The translations under genes and the position numbers were made by a program. 64,000 nt of DNA from Cyanidioschyzon merolae (lineage: Eukaryota), in NCBI GenBank assembly GCA_000091205.1, contig AP006498.2; one strand, 5' to 3'. The notes under the pieces were generated by a model, which was given only the letters and a program-made list of their open reading frames with translations, was not told the DNA's origin and did not search any database. Shown here one piece after another: positions 30,839 through 41,500 of this stretch. Numbering within the stretch: the stretch's first letter is position 1; each line of letters starts with the position of its first letter.

Positions 30839-33016
30839 TTGGTGCTCGTCGCTGAGAGTCCGCGAAGCAACTGCACCAAAACTGGCGACGGCAAGGTTTT
30901 ATCTATGTGCATGGTAGTCGCGAAAGGCGTAATAGCACGTTTCAGCGGTAGCGTGCACAACCTGGGCCGCTGGAGAAGCTGGCTTGTCTCGCGGACAGCT
31001 CTGTTTCGTCCGTTTTCACTTCGAGGCGAACGGGCGCTGCTAGCAGATCCCCGATGCCAAAACGACAACGTTGCAGCTCCTCTTCTACCTGTTCAACTGA
31101 GCAGCTCTCATCCAAGGGGCTTGCTTTCGGCAAACTTGGTGTATCGGACAGCGCGATTTATTTGCACGAAACAGTGTTTGCCAGCGACGGCAGCAGAACC
31201 GCCTGTACAGCAGCAGCACCAGCAGCAGCAAGACGGCAACGTTACCGATTCTGCGTGTCATAGGAAGTGCCTCAGTTTTCTGCAGGCCTGGAGCATTCCC
31301 GAGTTCCCGGTAGTGTCCGGGACGCAGCTCGGGGCCTTCCATGGATGGCCGTTGCTCCTGAGAGCCCTCACACATGCGTCTGCTCTGCCGCCACGTCTGT
31401 GTCCCCGCGAGTCCGGTGTGCTCACTGATGCACAGCGCTGGGAGCGCTACCAGCTCCATAATGCTGCCTTAGAGTTTGTCGGGGACCGCGTCCTCAACCT
31501 TTGTGTCGTGGACTGGCTCGTAAGGACACAGCCGTGGAAAACTCAAGGTGCAGACACTGCGCTGTATCGAGGCTCGAATATCAAAGAACGGTTGACGTTC
31601 TATGTACAGCAATATGTGTATAATGCGCATCTGACGGATGTTGCATATCGAATAGGACTTGATCGTATCGTCCGTCGAAGACTCCCTGCTGAAAAGGAGC
31701 ACCCCGGACGCGGCACCGAGCTGGTGCTCGCCAACGCTTTCGAAGCCCTTGTTTGCGCGATATTTCTGGAACACGGTTTTCTCCAAGCACAGAAATTTGT
31801 ACGCCAAACATTATTTGAGGGGCCGGGTTCCTCGCTGAAACAGCCCATGGGAGACTCGTGGCATGCAGACACACGATTTGCTGCGACGGACACAGCTCGG
31901 GTACGACAGGAGGCTGCTGCTCTGGACAGGATGCGGCAGCCAGTTCTGCGACCCCCGCATAATATACCGCTTTCTTCTCATCCCAAGGAGGCTTTGGAAA
32001 AAGAGCTGTTGCTCTGGGGTCTGTGTATCGGAGGTAATCGCTCTGCCGGAGGTGAAGACCTTCGAACTAGAGCGCAGCAGCAAAAGAGGTCGGGAGTATG
32101 TCTCTCCTACTGTCTAGAACATGAGGAAAGGCGACTGAGCCATCATTCCCTATATATGGTGCGTCTAGAGCTGTCAGGAGTGGTGGTCGCTCGCGGACGA
32201 GGTCGCTCGATTCGCAGTGCAGAGAACGCAGCAGCGGCCGCTTTCCTGAAGGCACTCGGTCTGGACTGTGCATCGTTTCGAACGCCATATGCCTCTGGGG
32301 AAGCGTTATCCAGCCGAGAGATTTGGAAACAGTTCCGCGACCTCAACGTGCCGCTTTGCATCCCGGACAACTATAAGCCCGCGTCTCCTTTCGACGAGGA
32401 TGCCGACTGGGCGACAATCTTGCTCTGGAATCGAGAACGCTTCGGGAGCGTCTCGCGACAAGAACAGAAAACACGCGCCAAGGCCGAAGAACGAGAGGAA
32501 CGCTCTCCTGGTGATGCTGTTTTTTGGCATCAAGCTCTGGGATTCGATGATTGGGCAAACGCCCGGCAAGTGCTGCCGTCTCTGTTGGCGCTGGTGCTTC
32601 CGAACGAGGGCCCCGAACCCGAGGCTGCCCGAACGGCGCTCGCTGCTGCGGAGCTGGTGGAACTCAAGTATTTGGGACACTGCGGTTTGAAGCTTTTCGC
32701 AGCAAGCTCCAGTCTTCGGATCTATGGTCCGGGTGCATGGTCGACGGGAGCCCTTCACGATGACTACGTGCGAGCGATTGCGTCAACAGCGGTAACGGGG
32801 CAGGCTGCGGAGCTGCTGAGACGTCTGCAGCGCGCCGGGGCCTGGCGGACGAGGCAGCGCCTCTCAGCAGCTGCGCAACGCGAACTGTTGCTAGCGTTCT
32901 TAGGAATTGCACAGGTGCTGTTTGGTTACGAAAAAGGGCCGGATTTACTTCTTAGAACTCTGGATGAGGAGAAACGCGCGTCTACACCTGTCTCTTTCGA
33001 CAGACCCCATCTTTAG
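30839..33016 (+). CDS. RNase III domain protein with C-terminal dsRBD-like segment and polyQ tract
   Basis: HNAALEFVGDRVLNLCVVDWL matches the RNase III signature (E-x-LEFLGD), and ELVLANAFEALVCAIFLEHG matches the second conserved block. SGVVVARGRGRSIRSAENAAAAAFLKALG is dsRBD-like. (CAG)n at 31200-31232 encodes QQQHQQQQ. Confidence 0.7.
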   Translation: MVLVAESPRSNCTKTGDGKVLSMCMVVAKGVIARFSGSVHNLGRWRSWLVSRTALFRPFSLRGERALLADPRCQNDNVAAPLLPVQLSSSHPRGLLSANLVYRTARFICTKQCLPATAAEPPVQQQHQQQQDGNVTDSACHRKCLSFLQAWSIPEFPVVSGTQLGAFHGWPLLLRALTHASALPPRLCPRESGVLTDAQRWERYQLHNAALEFVGDRVLNLCVVDWLVRTQPWKTQGADTALYRGSNIKERLTFYVQQYVYNAHLTDVAYRIGLDRIVRRRLPAEKEHPGRGTELVLANAFEALVCAIFLEHGFLQAQKFVRQTLFEGPGSSLKQPMGDSWHADTRFAATDTARVRQEAAALDRMRQPVLRPPHNIPLSSHPKEALEKELLLWGLCIGGNRSAGGEDLRTRAQQQKRSGVCLSYCLEHEERRLSHHSLYMVRLELSGVVVARGRGRSIRSAENAAAAAFLKALGLDCASFRTPYASGEALSSREIWKQFRDLNVPLCIPDNYKPASPFDEDADWATILLWNRERFGSVSRQEQKTRAKAEEREERSPGDAVFWHQALGFDDWANARQVLPSLLALVLPNEGPEPEAARTALAAAELVELKYLGHCGLKLFAASSSLRIYGPGAWSTGALHDDYVRAIASTAVTGQAAELLRRLQRAGAWRTRQRLSAAAQRELLLAFLGIAQVLFGYEKGPDLLLRTLDEEKRASTPVSFDRPHL

Positions 33017-33277
33017 ATGAAGCTTTGGACGAGCTCACGAGTCGGTAGCTCGCATCCATGTATTCTGGCTTTCTCCGAGACTCTGAAAAGCTATGACACC
33101 CCCTTCACAATAGAAGAGGACACATCCTCCAACGCAGGCGTACAGAATACCATTTGTATCTCTTCAGATTTTCATCAAGATCAGCCTTTGTGCGCTGTTT
33201 CTGCGACTGCATTGATTTCCTCCCTCTTTTCTCCGGCTTTAAATAAGCAGCGCTTTCCTTCCCATCAAGTTCCGTTT

Positions 33278-33965
33278 TCAGCAGCTGGGGGATGCTGATG
33301 GACGCATGAATGTACAATAGGCACCGTTCACGGCTGGTGTCGACCCATCGGATGCACAGACCGAAGTTGCGATCCTCGCTTTGCGAACCATTTTCTTCTT
33401 CTTTGTATGTAGCCTCAATGCGCCGCTGGCAGTTGTGATACGTGGCCGCTGTTCAGTATTCTGATACGCCCACAGCATCTTCACCGCCAAGCACCACCCT
33501 GTGATGCATGAACGCCTGCGTCATCGCTCAGTACACAACCATGATGGGTATAGATGGCTGGCATCGACGCGCTCCTCCGTTCATGCGACTGCTACCACAC
33601 ACTACGATCATGGAGTTCTTCTGGGCAAACTGCTATACGTGGACGGTGCCCGCTATACGCGCCAGCGTGCGCTGTTCCACATGATGGAAGATTTCCCGAA
33701 AGATATGGTGACTATGATAAAACATGTTCCTGAAGGAATATCGAGACTCAGGGACAAATCTAGATTTTTCGATCCCACTACGCTCGCTTCGTGCAAAGCG
33801 GTGAAGCGCTTTCCATTGGTAGCGATCCCTGCGGTAAGTAAAATGCGATTCGAACACCCTTTCCCATACAGTCAGAACACAAGTGACTCGAGTCTCTGCG
33901 AGCATATCCAGTGCGAGGTATCAGGCTGTAGCTGGATACCGCTTTCGTTGATGTCCACAAAGTGA
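33278..33965 (-). mobile_element. C-family relic
   Basis: Minus ORF 33633-33905 reads ...HHVEQRTLARIAGT. 33290-33380 aligns at the DNA level with the RuvC-III-like 43520-43620 segment, but here it is degenerate (IHASISI versus FNAGINI). Confidence 0.4.
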
Positions 33966-35496
33966 GGAAGATTTGTATTTCGAATTGAATCGATTACTTC
34001 ATGAGACAATTTCAATCGAATTTCAACATTGGCGTGTGAAGCACTCGTCAAGGGACGCAGTGGAGTTTCTTTCTCGTCAATAAAATGCTAACCATCGATG
34101 CGCCCGGTGTTCACTTTGAAACGGAAAGATCTAGGACTAGAAAGAAGCGTAGTTGAAGCATGCTGCACGTAAGGAATCGAGAAGAGTAGATGCTTGAACG
34201 TATAAACTGGATAAAGGTATCTTTTATTTTTATCAAACCTTCTTGAAGAATGTCGTGAATCAAATGCATTCCTGCGATGTATCGAATACCAGCGCGAAAA
34301 AGAATCGAAAGCGCCACTCCAGAAAGTCTCCTGAAAATCCTGAAACTCTACTCATGAGTCCGTGAAACCGTATTCGTGCAATTTAAATTTCGATGATGTG
34401 TATCAAGAAAATTTAGCACATTTTCTCAAGCCAGGCACAGAGCGAGCAGTTCGGTGTTCCATATTAGTCTGACACAGATGCAGGACACCGTTCTGCATCT
34501 GCGCTCGCAGTGCACGCATTCGTCGAATCCGAGGTCATCGATGCAACAAAAGTATCATTTCTCTGCTTTGGTGCACATGGTGATCGTTCAGGATGATGAA
34601 GATCTGTATGTCTATGCCATCGAAGCGGCAAAAGTAGCATTCTTCTGTTTTGATGCTCTCGGTGATCGTTCAGCTTCCCAGAAGTCTATACTCCGAGACC
34701 ATCGACGCGGCCAACGTCTCACTACTCTTCCACAGTGGACAGGGTTATTCATCAGCTTCCTGGAGATGCACATGGCAAGTGTACTGCAGCGGTGAACCGA
34801 TCATCCCTGTTCCTTGGTGCAAAGCGGGGTCATTAAGGTTCCGTCAGACGCATATCCAGAGGAAGCGGCGGTGGCGGGACAGTCGCCAAGCACGCTGTCG
34901 GAGCGACCAACAGAGACGCACACAGAACGACAGCTGCTTTTGCGTTCGTAAGCACCATGGATGCAAATGCATCCAAAACCGCATGCGTCGTGGACGTGGT
35001 ACCACGCATCCCGTGTACTGTGTTCGTGCCCCAGAGGATGCTGTGCAGTAGTCTACCTGGACTGCCACAAAGAGGTGCGCACCACGTTCCTGTTCACTGC
35101 AAGAGCTCAGCTGTAGAAGTGCCTATGCGCCTCAGGGCAAACGTTTTTTCCAGAGGTCGCTGGGTTTTCTGGTCTCGGTGGAATGCTCGTGCATCTTACA
35201 TAGTCTGTACGCAACACGCATTCAACTGTTCGCGAACGTTCGACGCTACACAATAGATGTACACTTCATGCGCAATGCCGTATACTCAGGTTTTTTTTTG
35301 TGCCGGCAAATCTTACCAGGGCCGCTGCAGTTCCCCTCAGAGCGTCCCGCGACACGCTCATACGTGACCTTGACCGCCGACGTCGCTGCGTGAGCGTTTT
35401 CGTGCCATTGAGAGCGTGCGTCTCTGTCTGCGGCTAGACTTGTGAACTGCGCTGCGGACAACAACAGCCCCATGACTTTATGTACAGATTGTATGC

Positions 35497-36861
35497 TCAA
35501 GGGCGTTTCATTCTTTCGGGACTTGGGCCCCTTGGTGTATCGACAGCGACGACCTCGCCCCGTTGCGTCGTCGGAAACTTTCCCGCGTCCTTCCCGTTGC
35601 TTTGCAGAGCCGCATCCGCTGCCATTTCTTCATCCATTTCTTTCAGGGCTTGTCGGGTAGTTCTCCCAATGAGCACCAGTACACCGGCAGTAGCGGCAAG
35701 GCCAACAATCAGCAGCGCAGTATTGACTCCAGTGCCGCTCGCGGCGAGCTCTTCGCCAGCATCTGACGCAGCGCGACTGGCAACCCTCTCAAGCACGGCA
35801 TTTCCAGTGCGCCCTGCGTAAACGTACGCAAGCGTGCCTGGCAGCATGCCCAACCAGCTCGCAACAATGTACGGAACGAAGCGCACGCTCGTCAGGCCGT
35901 AGAGATAGTTGCTAGCGGAGAACGGCAGCAGCGGGCTCAGACGAAGCAGAAGAACAATTTTGAAGCCCTCTTTCGCAATTGCACGGTCGATAGCGCGGAA
36001 TCGGGGAAACCTCGATGCCAGCTTCTCCTGGATCAGGTTGCGAAGAAAATACCTTGAAAGCAGAAACGAGGTTCCCGCGGCTGCAGTTGCGGCCGCCGAA
36101 GACACCAGGAGGCCTCGCCAGACGCCAAAGAGATACCCCGCCCCGATGGTCAGCAGCAGGGCTGGAAACGAAACCAGCTCTAACACAAAGTACAAACCAA
36201 AGTAGTAGAGCACTGCGGCAGGTCCCATAGATTCAAACCACTTCACAAGATCGTGGAGGTTCTCGATGGAAAGCGTGCCCAGCGAGTGCCCTAGCACGCT
36301 TACCGCACCAATAGCGCCTCCTGCAAGACCAAAGAGATAGAGCGTTCGTTTCAGCGAGCGGCGCTCGGGTTTCCTCTCCCGACTCTCCAGATCCGGCTCA
36401 GTTTTCGCCTGCAGTCTCGTTGCGGCGCAACCACTTCGCCAAGCCGAACGGACGCGCGTCATGCTCGCAGAGCAGCTGGGCCGGAGTAGCCTCTGTTCTG
36501 GGGGCCCCAACCAGGTTCGCTCCAGTGCTCGTGTCCCAGCACACAGCGTGCCTCGCACGGGTCGTGTGCGCGCGGAGGGAACACTCGCACAAACCGTAGA
36601 AGTACAGCTGACGCTTCGTTGGCGCGTGTTCAATACAGACTTGCCTCCGGATCCAGAAAGCACGAATGCACTGCAAGGGCGCAGCCAACTCAGGTTATGC
36701 ACTGTGCAATGCTGTAGGCACGCAACGCCGCTCAGTTGTGTGAATGCTGCAGGCTGCGCTTTCTGTGAAGCAGCGACGCACAGGACCCAAACTTTTGGCA
36801 GCGTCCAACTTTGCCTTGGCGCAGCGGTTGAAGCTTCCTGTAGAGAAAGCATACAGTCCAC
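35497..36861 (-). CDS. TVP38/TMEM64 (DedA / SNARE-associated Golgi) family membrane protein
   Basis: Family core VSFPALLLTIGAGYLFG...LLLRLSPLLPFSASNYLYGLTSVRFVPYIVASWLGMLPGTLAYVYAG, multiple TM helices. Confidence 0.75.
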   Translation of the reverse strand: MDCMLSLQEASTAAPRQSWTLPKVWVLCVAASQKAQPAAFTQLSGVACLQHCTVHNLSWLRPCSAFVLSGSGGKSVLNTRQRSVSCTSTVCASVPSARTRPVRGTLCAGTRALERTWLGPPEQRLLRPSCSASMTRVRSAWRSGCAATRLQAKTEPDLESRERKPERRSLKRTLYLFGLAGGAIGAVSVLGHSLGTLSIENLHDLVKWFESMGPAAVLYYFGLYFVLELVSFPALLLTIGAGYLFGVWRGLLVSSAAATAAAGTSFLLSRYFLRNLIQEKLASRFPRFRAIDRAIAKEGFKIVLLLRLSPLLPFSASNYLYGLTSVRFVPYIVASWLGMLPGTLAYVYAGRTGNAVLERVASRAASDAGEELAASGTGVNTALLIVGLAATAGVLVLIGRTTRQALKEMDEEMAADAALQSNGKDAGKFPTTQRGEVVAVDTPRGPSPERMKRP

Positions 36862-38228
36862 CAGCTTCGGGAGAGCGAGCTTGTTTCAAGCCTGCAGTCG
36901 TTTCAGACACTTTGTTCCAGCGCTGCTTGGGATGCATCTGGTGGCGGGCCCGCAACGATGCGGGCGCAGGCGATGGTGGCGGTGGAAGGGCGCAGCAGGC
37001 CGTTGCAGCGCGCGCGCCCCGGACGTCAGTCGAATCCGATCGAAATCGACAGAGGCATGGCGACTGGCGATGTCAGGCTAGGGACTGGTAGACTGCTTGA
37101 TCGTTATCAGGGGCAGGTATGCACCCATTGCTATTCTGTTCGATGCATAGATGCTAAAGCCTGAAATGTCGGACGGTTGAGTGGACAGTATCCCTGCATC
37201 TCAAGCCGCAGCCCGAATTCCATCAAGGCGAACCGTCATGCGTCCGTACAAGCTTCGTCCTTTTTTTTCTAGTCCAGATTGATGCATCCGCCAAGGCTCT
37301 CGAGGACGCGCAAACGCAGCTGATGATCAGGGAAGAGAGTTCAGTTCCTCGGCAGGCGCTTGCGTGCCCCGTACGACCAAGAACAGTTTTTAGGCAATAA
37401 CGGCCTGTCCCATCTAAAGATATTCAGAGTGCGGAGCCTATCGGGGACGCCACGATTGGACAGGGCCGCTCCGCGCGCTACCCTTGCCCGCCTCGGACCG
37501 CCACATGGAGGACACGGCGCAGGACGAGGACTCGCTCATTGCCAAGACTCCTCCGGGGAGCAGAGCAAGGCCTACTACTGGAGCCCAGCGACGTGCTGGT
37601 GCGAGTTCGCGATCAGTTCGACACGCGCGCCTCGAGGGCCTCTCTGCGTCGTCGCCGAAGAGCTGACAGAAAGCGTTCCAGGTGCGCGAGCCTCACTTGG
37701 GCATATACCAGTGAGTGGGTGCGGGCACCACTAGTCCGGTGAACTCGGCCGGTCAGCCAAATCCTCCACCCGGAAGGTTCGCACCGTCACTGCAGCGAGC
37801 GCAGTCCAAGCTTCTAGGCGCGGTAGGCGTGCAGGATGCGCGTCCAATTCGGCAAGATGCGCTGCCGGCATGCCCGCCCATGTGTCGGACCCATTCCGTG
37901 CAAGCGAGGCACGTCGAGCGATTTGGGGCGCGTGCATAGGCCCGCGCACGATGAATGATCTGGTTGCATGCGTACACAAACAGGACTTTTCTGACCATGA
38001 TATCCCTATTCGGACATGACGCATCGCGCACTTCCGCAACACCTCGTTGCTGGGCGCAGCCGGCCGCGGCACCTCGCGAGCACGCCGGCCTCGGCAGCGC
38101 GAGCGCATTAGCGAGATCTCCGACGACGGACGTGGGTCGAGATTCGATTTCGGAGGCCGCACGACGCAAAAAGGTCATTCGAGTTTGTGTCTGCGGACTC
38201 TGAACGTTCCTCGTAAAGCACTTCTGAT

Positions 38229-39464
38229 ATGATCGGCTTCGTTGGTTCTGTTAGCTCTCTCGGCGCTCGTGTTTCATCCTTCACAGCAAGCTGTAGTGCA
38301 AGCAACAGCTGCTCGGTCGTAGCTGCTCCCCGACGGGCGTTCGACCTCCGCGCGGCTGAGGAGAAGCCACAAACCAGCAGTTCGAGTGCAGCGGGATCGT
38401 CTTCTGCTTCGAGTAGTGGCGCGGGATCATCGGAGCGTGCGGCGCCATCAGCAGTGTCGTCACCCCCTGCGGCGGCGACGTCCACGCAAAGCGGGGCAGC
38501 GAAGATGCCCACGATGACTGCACTGAAGACGGCAGCAAATAGGAAGTTGGGTGAGGTTACACAGGCTCGCTTGCGCAAGGTCGGAGACTCCGTCACCCCA
38601 AGTTATCGCCAGATCGATAGCTTCCGTGTTCCAGCGTATCCGATACCCGGGAAAGATGACGAAGTGTCTCGCCGCACGGAGCGTATGTACATGATCCTGC
38701 GCCAGATCTTTGGATACGGTCACCTCTTCGAGCGAGACGGTGAGGAAATGGATAAGCTCCAGAGTTGCTATATCAATGGTGAGCTGAGCACGAAGGATTT
38801 CGTGAGAGCCGTCGCCAAGTCGGAAACATACAAGGAAAAGTTTTGGAACAACCGGCCGCCGTTCGGACGCTACGGCGCGGTGGAGCTCGCCTACAAGCAT
38901 CTGCTTGGCCGCCGCACCTTCGACGCGAAGGAGAACGCAGCTGCGCAAGCGGTGTACCACGCACACGGCTACGACGCAATGATCGATTATATTATCGACA
39001 ACGAGTATGATCGGGCGTTTCCGTTCCGCAACGACGGCAGCGACAACGTGCCGCACTGGCGTGAACCAGCTTGGTTCATGGGACGCCGCCCCGAACCCCA
39101 GGCACTACGTGGCGGTCTCGAGCGCGCGATGAGCGGTGCCCGTGGTGCGATGCTCTACCAGTACCGCGTCCGCCTCGGCTCCCAGAATATGGGCGTTGTG
39201 GCTGGAGGCTGTCCGCCGCCCGTGAACCTCAAGAACAAGACCGACGAGCCGGTGTTCCGTGTGGTCACGGCCGGGTATCGCGAGCCGGCAGTGAACAGCG
39301 GCGGGCTGGGCTACTCCGTGGGCAGGTCCTACACGCGCCAGAACAAGTACAGCACCGTGGCGCGCTCACAGCGCACGTATCTAGTGCCACTGAGCGAGCT
39401 GAACAACACCATCACTCGCATTCACCGCTCGGGAGGCTACATCCGCACAGTGGAGCGAGCGTAA
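38229..39464 (+). CDS. phycobilisome rod linker polypeptide (PBS-linker domain plus C-terminal CpcD-like domain), nuclear-encoded with Ser/Ala-rich transit peptide
   Basis: The PBS-linker core spans MYMILRQIFGYGHLFERDGEEMDKLQSCYINGELSTKDFVRAVAKSETYKEKFWNNRPPFGRYGAVELAYKHLLGRRTFDAKENAAAQAVYHAHGYDAMIDYIIDNEYDRAFPF. The C-terminus YRVRLGSQNMGVVAGG...RTYLVPLSELNNTITRIHRSGGYIRTVE is CpcD-like. The N-terminal 90 aa are Ser/Ala-rich with Phe at position 4. Confidence 0.75.
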   Translation: MIGFVGSVSSLGARVSSFTASCSASNSCSVVAAPRRAFDLRAAEEKPQTSSSSAAGSSSASSSGAGSSERAAPSAVSSPPAAATSTQSGAAKMPTMTALKTAANRKLGEVTQARLRKVGDSVTPSYRQIDSFRVPAYPIPGKDDEVSRRTERMYMILRQIFGYGHLFERDGEEMDKLQSCYINGELSTKDFVRAVAKSETYKEKFWNNRPPFGRYGAVELAYKHLLGRRTFDAKENAAAQAVYHAHGYDAMIDYIIDNEYDRAFPFRNDGSDNVPHWREPAWFMGRRPEPQALRGGLERAMSGARGAMLYQYRVRLGSQNMGVVAGGCPPPVNLKNKTDEPVFRVVTAGYREPAVNSGGLGYSVGRSYTRQNKYSTVARSQRTYLVPLSELNNTITRIHRSGGYIRTVERA

Positions 39465-40516
39465 TAACGGAGCGTTTCACGAGGGACGCTCACAGGAGGA
39501 TGCTTGCGCTGCGTTCACGGGACCAGAACCCGCGGGGGACGTTTAACTCATGCTGTTTCTTGGTACGCTCACTGAATGGCAGGGAAATGTGAAAAGCAGC
39601 TGGATCTCATCCTTCCAGCATGGAAATAGTATTAAGAGGACTTTTGGGAACGATATATCAATAGTTGCCATGCCATTCGTTTCGTGTTATCGCATGAAAA
39701 CGTTTGACTTCAAAGGATCGACAAAGTCAGGATTCGTAAATAGACGGTAATTAGAACATCACAGTGCTCGTGTCTCCAGCGAACGCTGTAGACCGCTGTC
39801 AGCGAGTGCGGCATTCGCGCATGCGCCAGCGCATCAGCGAAGAAACGGCGCGAGACACCTCCCAGCGAGCCCGCCATGAACTCGATCGTCAGTGATCGTG
39901 CATGAAACCAGCGAGGCGTGTTTCCTCTTCACCGGCTTTGCTCGTCAGGTTAACGTCGCACGACGGAAGACGCTTCGCCCCAGCATCCACGCTGAGGCTC
40001 CCGGAAAAAAGAAACCACCGAGCTAGAGAGGGCGCGCTCCACCCAGCCTGTGATACGCAGTTTACGAACCACACGCGGTTAGGCACGCGACGTAGGGTTT
40101 CCCAGTGCGTCGCTCTTCTTTTTCCTCTGTGCATGCGCTTTACCATAGAGATCCCGAATGCGCGTCCGGTTGTGGGCAAATTGTTTCCAGTGGCAGCTGT
40201 TGATCGCTGGTGGAACCCCGTTCGACTGGAATGGATGGACGCGCATTCCGCGTCATCCAGGAGGCGCGCTTCATCACATATCTATGACAGTGGATTAACT
40301 GACGCCGGCCAAGGCGAGCGCCAGTGTGAACGCTTGTCTCGACGATGTAGTGTGCTGCCGGCCAGTCTGCGAAGCGACGTCGGCCTTTGCTGGCAAACGC
40401 GCAGCTGTTCCCTCAAGCAGAGATCTCGAGCGATGGATGCAGCGGAAGCACACTCAAGTCGCTGGCAACGCCAACGCTTCAATAACGTTCGCAGTACTGC
40501 TTCTAGCCAGTGCACA

Positions 40517-41500
40517 TCATCGAGGAGAGTCTTCGATTGGATCACGCGAATCGGTGCATTCGGTTGGGCCCCAGGGCATAGGTCGATTTTGCAAACGCTC
40601 CTGTCTCCTTTGCAAGCGCTCAATCACGAGCATAAGTTCCGTATCGGGCTCGAGCGAGCCTATGGATACCGTGGCGACGCAGCCGGCAACTGGACAAGGT
40701 GCTGCATGCCTGTCCGTGAGACGTTCACGGGCTCGCAAACGGTTGTGGGCTCTGATGAGCTGCTCTATGCTCTGCTTTTCGTATGAGTGCTGGCAATCGC
40801 GGTTCCGGAAGGGTTGCTGCATGACTACGCCAGAAACGGGGCAGCGTATTCGAGAAGCATCTGGTTCCCAGTCAGCGGCTACATACGTCGGGGCGGTTGA
40901 ATCACCGACAATAGGGTCTGGGCTCGCTTGCTGCGTAGCGGCGAGTGACGGATCACTCAGGCTATCCGCCGAAGCTGACTGCATCGTGCCGCCTTCAACC
41001 AGGCGACGGACCTTGTCACGGTTCCGCTCCGTTATTGTCTCTCCCGAGCTAGCGCTTCTTGCCGACCTTCCCGTCTCTTCAAAACGCCGCCACGTGTCCG
41101 TGAAAGACTCTGTCGTCTGCCCTTCAGTCCCTGTTGGTGTTGGTTCCTGGCAGGAGAGAAGCGCCTCGCGAACTTTCCGTGCAGTTCGGAGGATATTTGC
41201 AGCCTCTCTCTCTCCGGTAACGCACTGCGAAGCAGCCAACGAGAGACTCTCCAGCGTACCAGCTTGCGAGGCCGCACTGGGGCCCTGACAGACTGCCTCC
41301 GGGTTCGCAGGCGCTCCTCCGAGAAGGCACCGAGATGCGCTCACCAAATGCTCCGAGAGGAGCACGCTTCGCGTCTTCCACGCAGTGGTGAAACGCTCAA
41401 TATCGGCCAGTGAGGCCTCAAAGTCAGGACTTTCAACCGTTGTGCCTTCCGCAATGGATTTGGCAAGTTCTAGTATTGAAGCCTCGCCGCTACGCTCCAT
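40517..41500 (-). CDS. NSE2: SP-RING (MIZ-type) zinc-finger protein, NSE2/MMS21-like SUMO E3 ligase of the SMC5/6 complex
   Basis: The C-terminal block CPVSGVVMQQPFRNRDCQHSYEKQSIEQLIRAHN...CPVAGCVATVS follows the SP-RING pattern CP(I/V)...C.H.(F/Y)(E/D)K..I......CP..GC. Confidence 0.55.
   Translation of the reverse strand: MERSGEASILELAKSIAEGTTVESPDFEASLADIERFTTAWKTRSVLLSEHLVSASRCLLGGAPANPEAVCQGPSAASQAGTLESLSLAASQCVTGEREAANILRTARKVREALLSCQEPTPTGTEGQTTESFTDTWRRFEETGRSARSASSGETITERNRDKVRRLVEGGTMQSASADSLSDPSLAATQQASPDPIVGDSTAPTYVAADWEPDASRIRCPVSGVVMQQPFRNRDCQHSYEKQSIEQLIRAHNRLRARERLTDRHAAPCPVAGCVATVSIGSLEPDTELMLVIERLQRRQERLQNRPMPWGPTECTDSRDPIEDSPR

Noticed and set aside
36461-37164. ORFs in the GC-rich 1.4-kb interval between the divergently oriented DedA-like and phycobilisome-linker genes
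   Set aside because: Low-complexity Arg/Ala-rich translations with no domain. The position fits a bidirectional promoter or 5-prime UTR region.
40326-41288. 320-aa plus-strand ORF overlapping the NSE2-like gene (also 39902-40786)
   Set aside because: Antisense to, or overlapping, a CDS that carries a clear SP-RING signature. The ORF has no motif and a Ser/Arg/Cys composition bias typical of GC-rich shadow ORFs.
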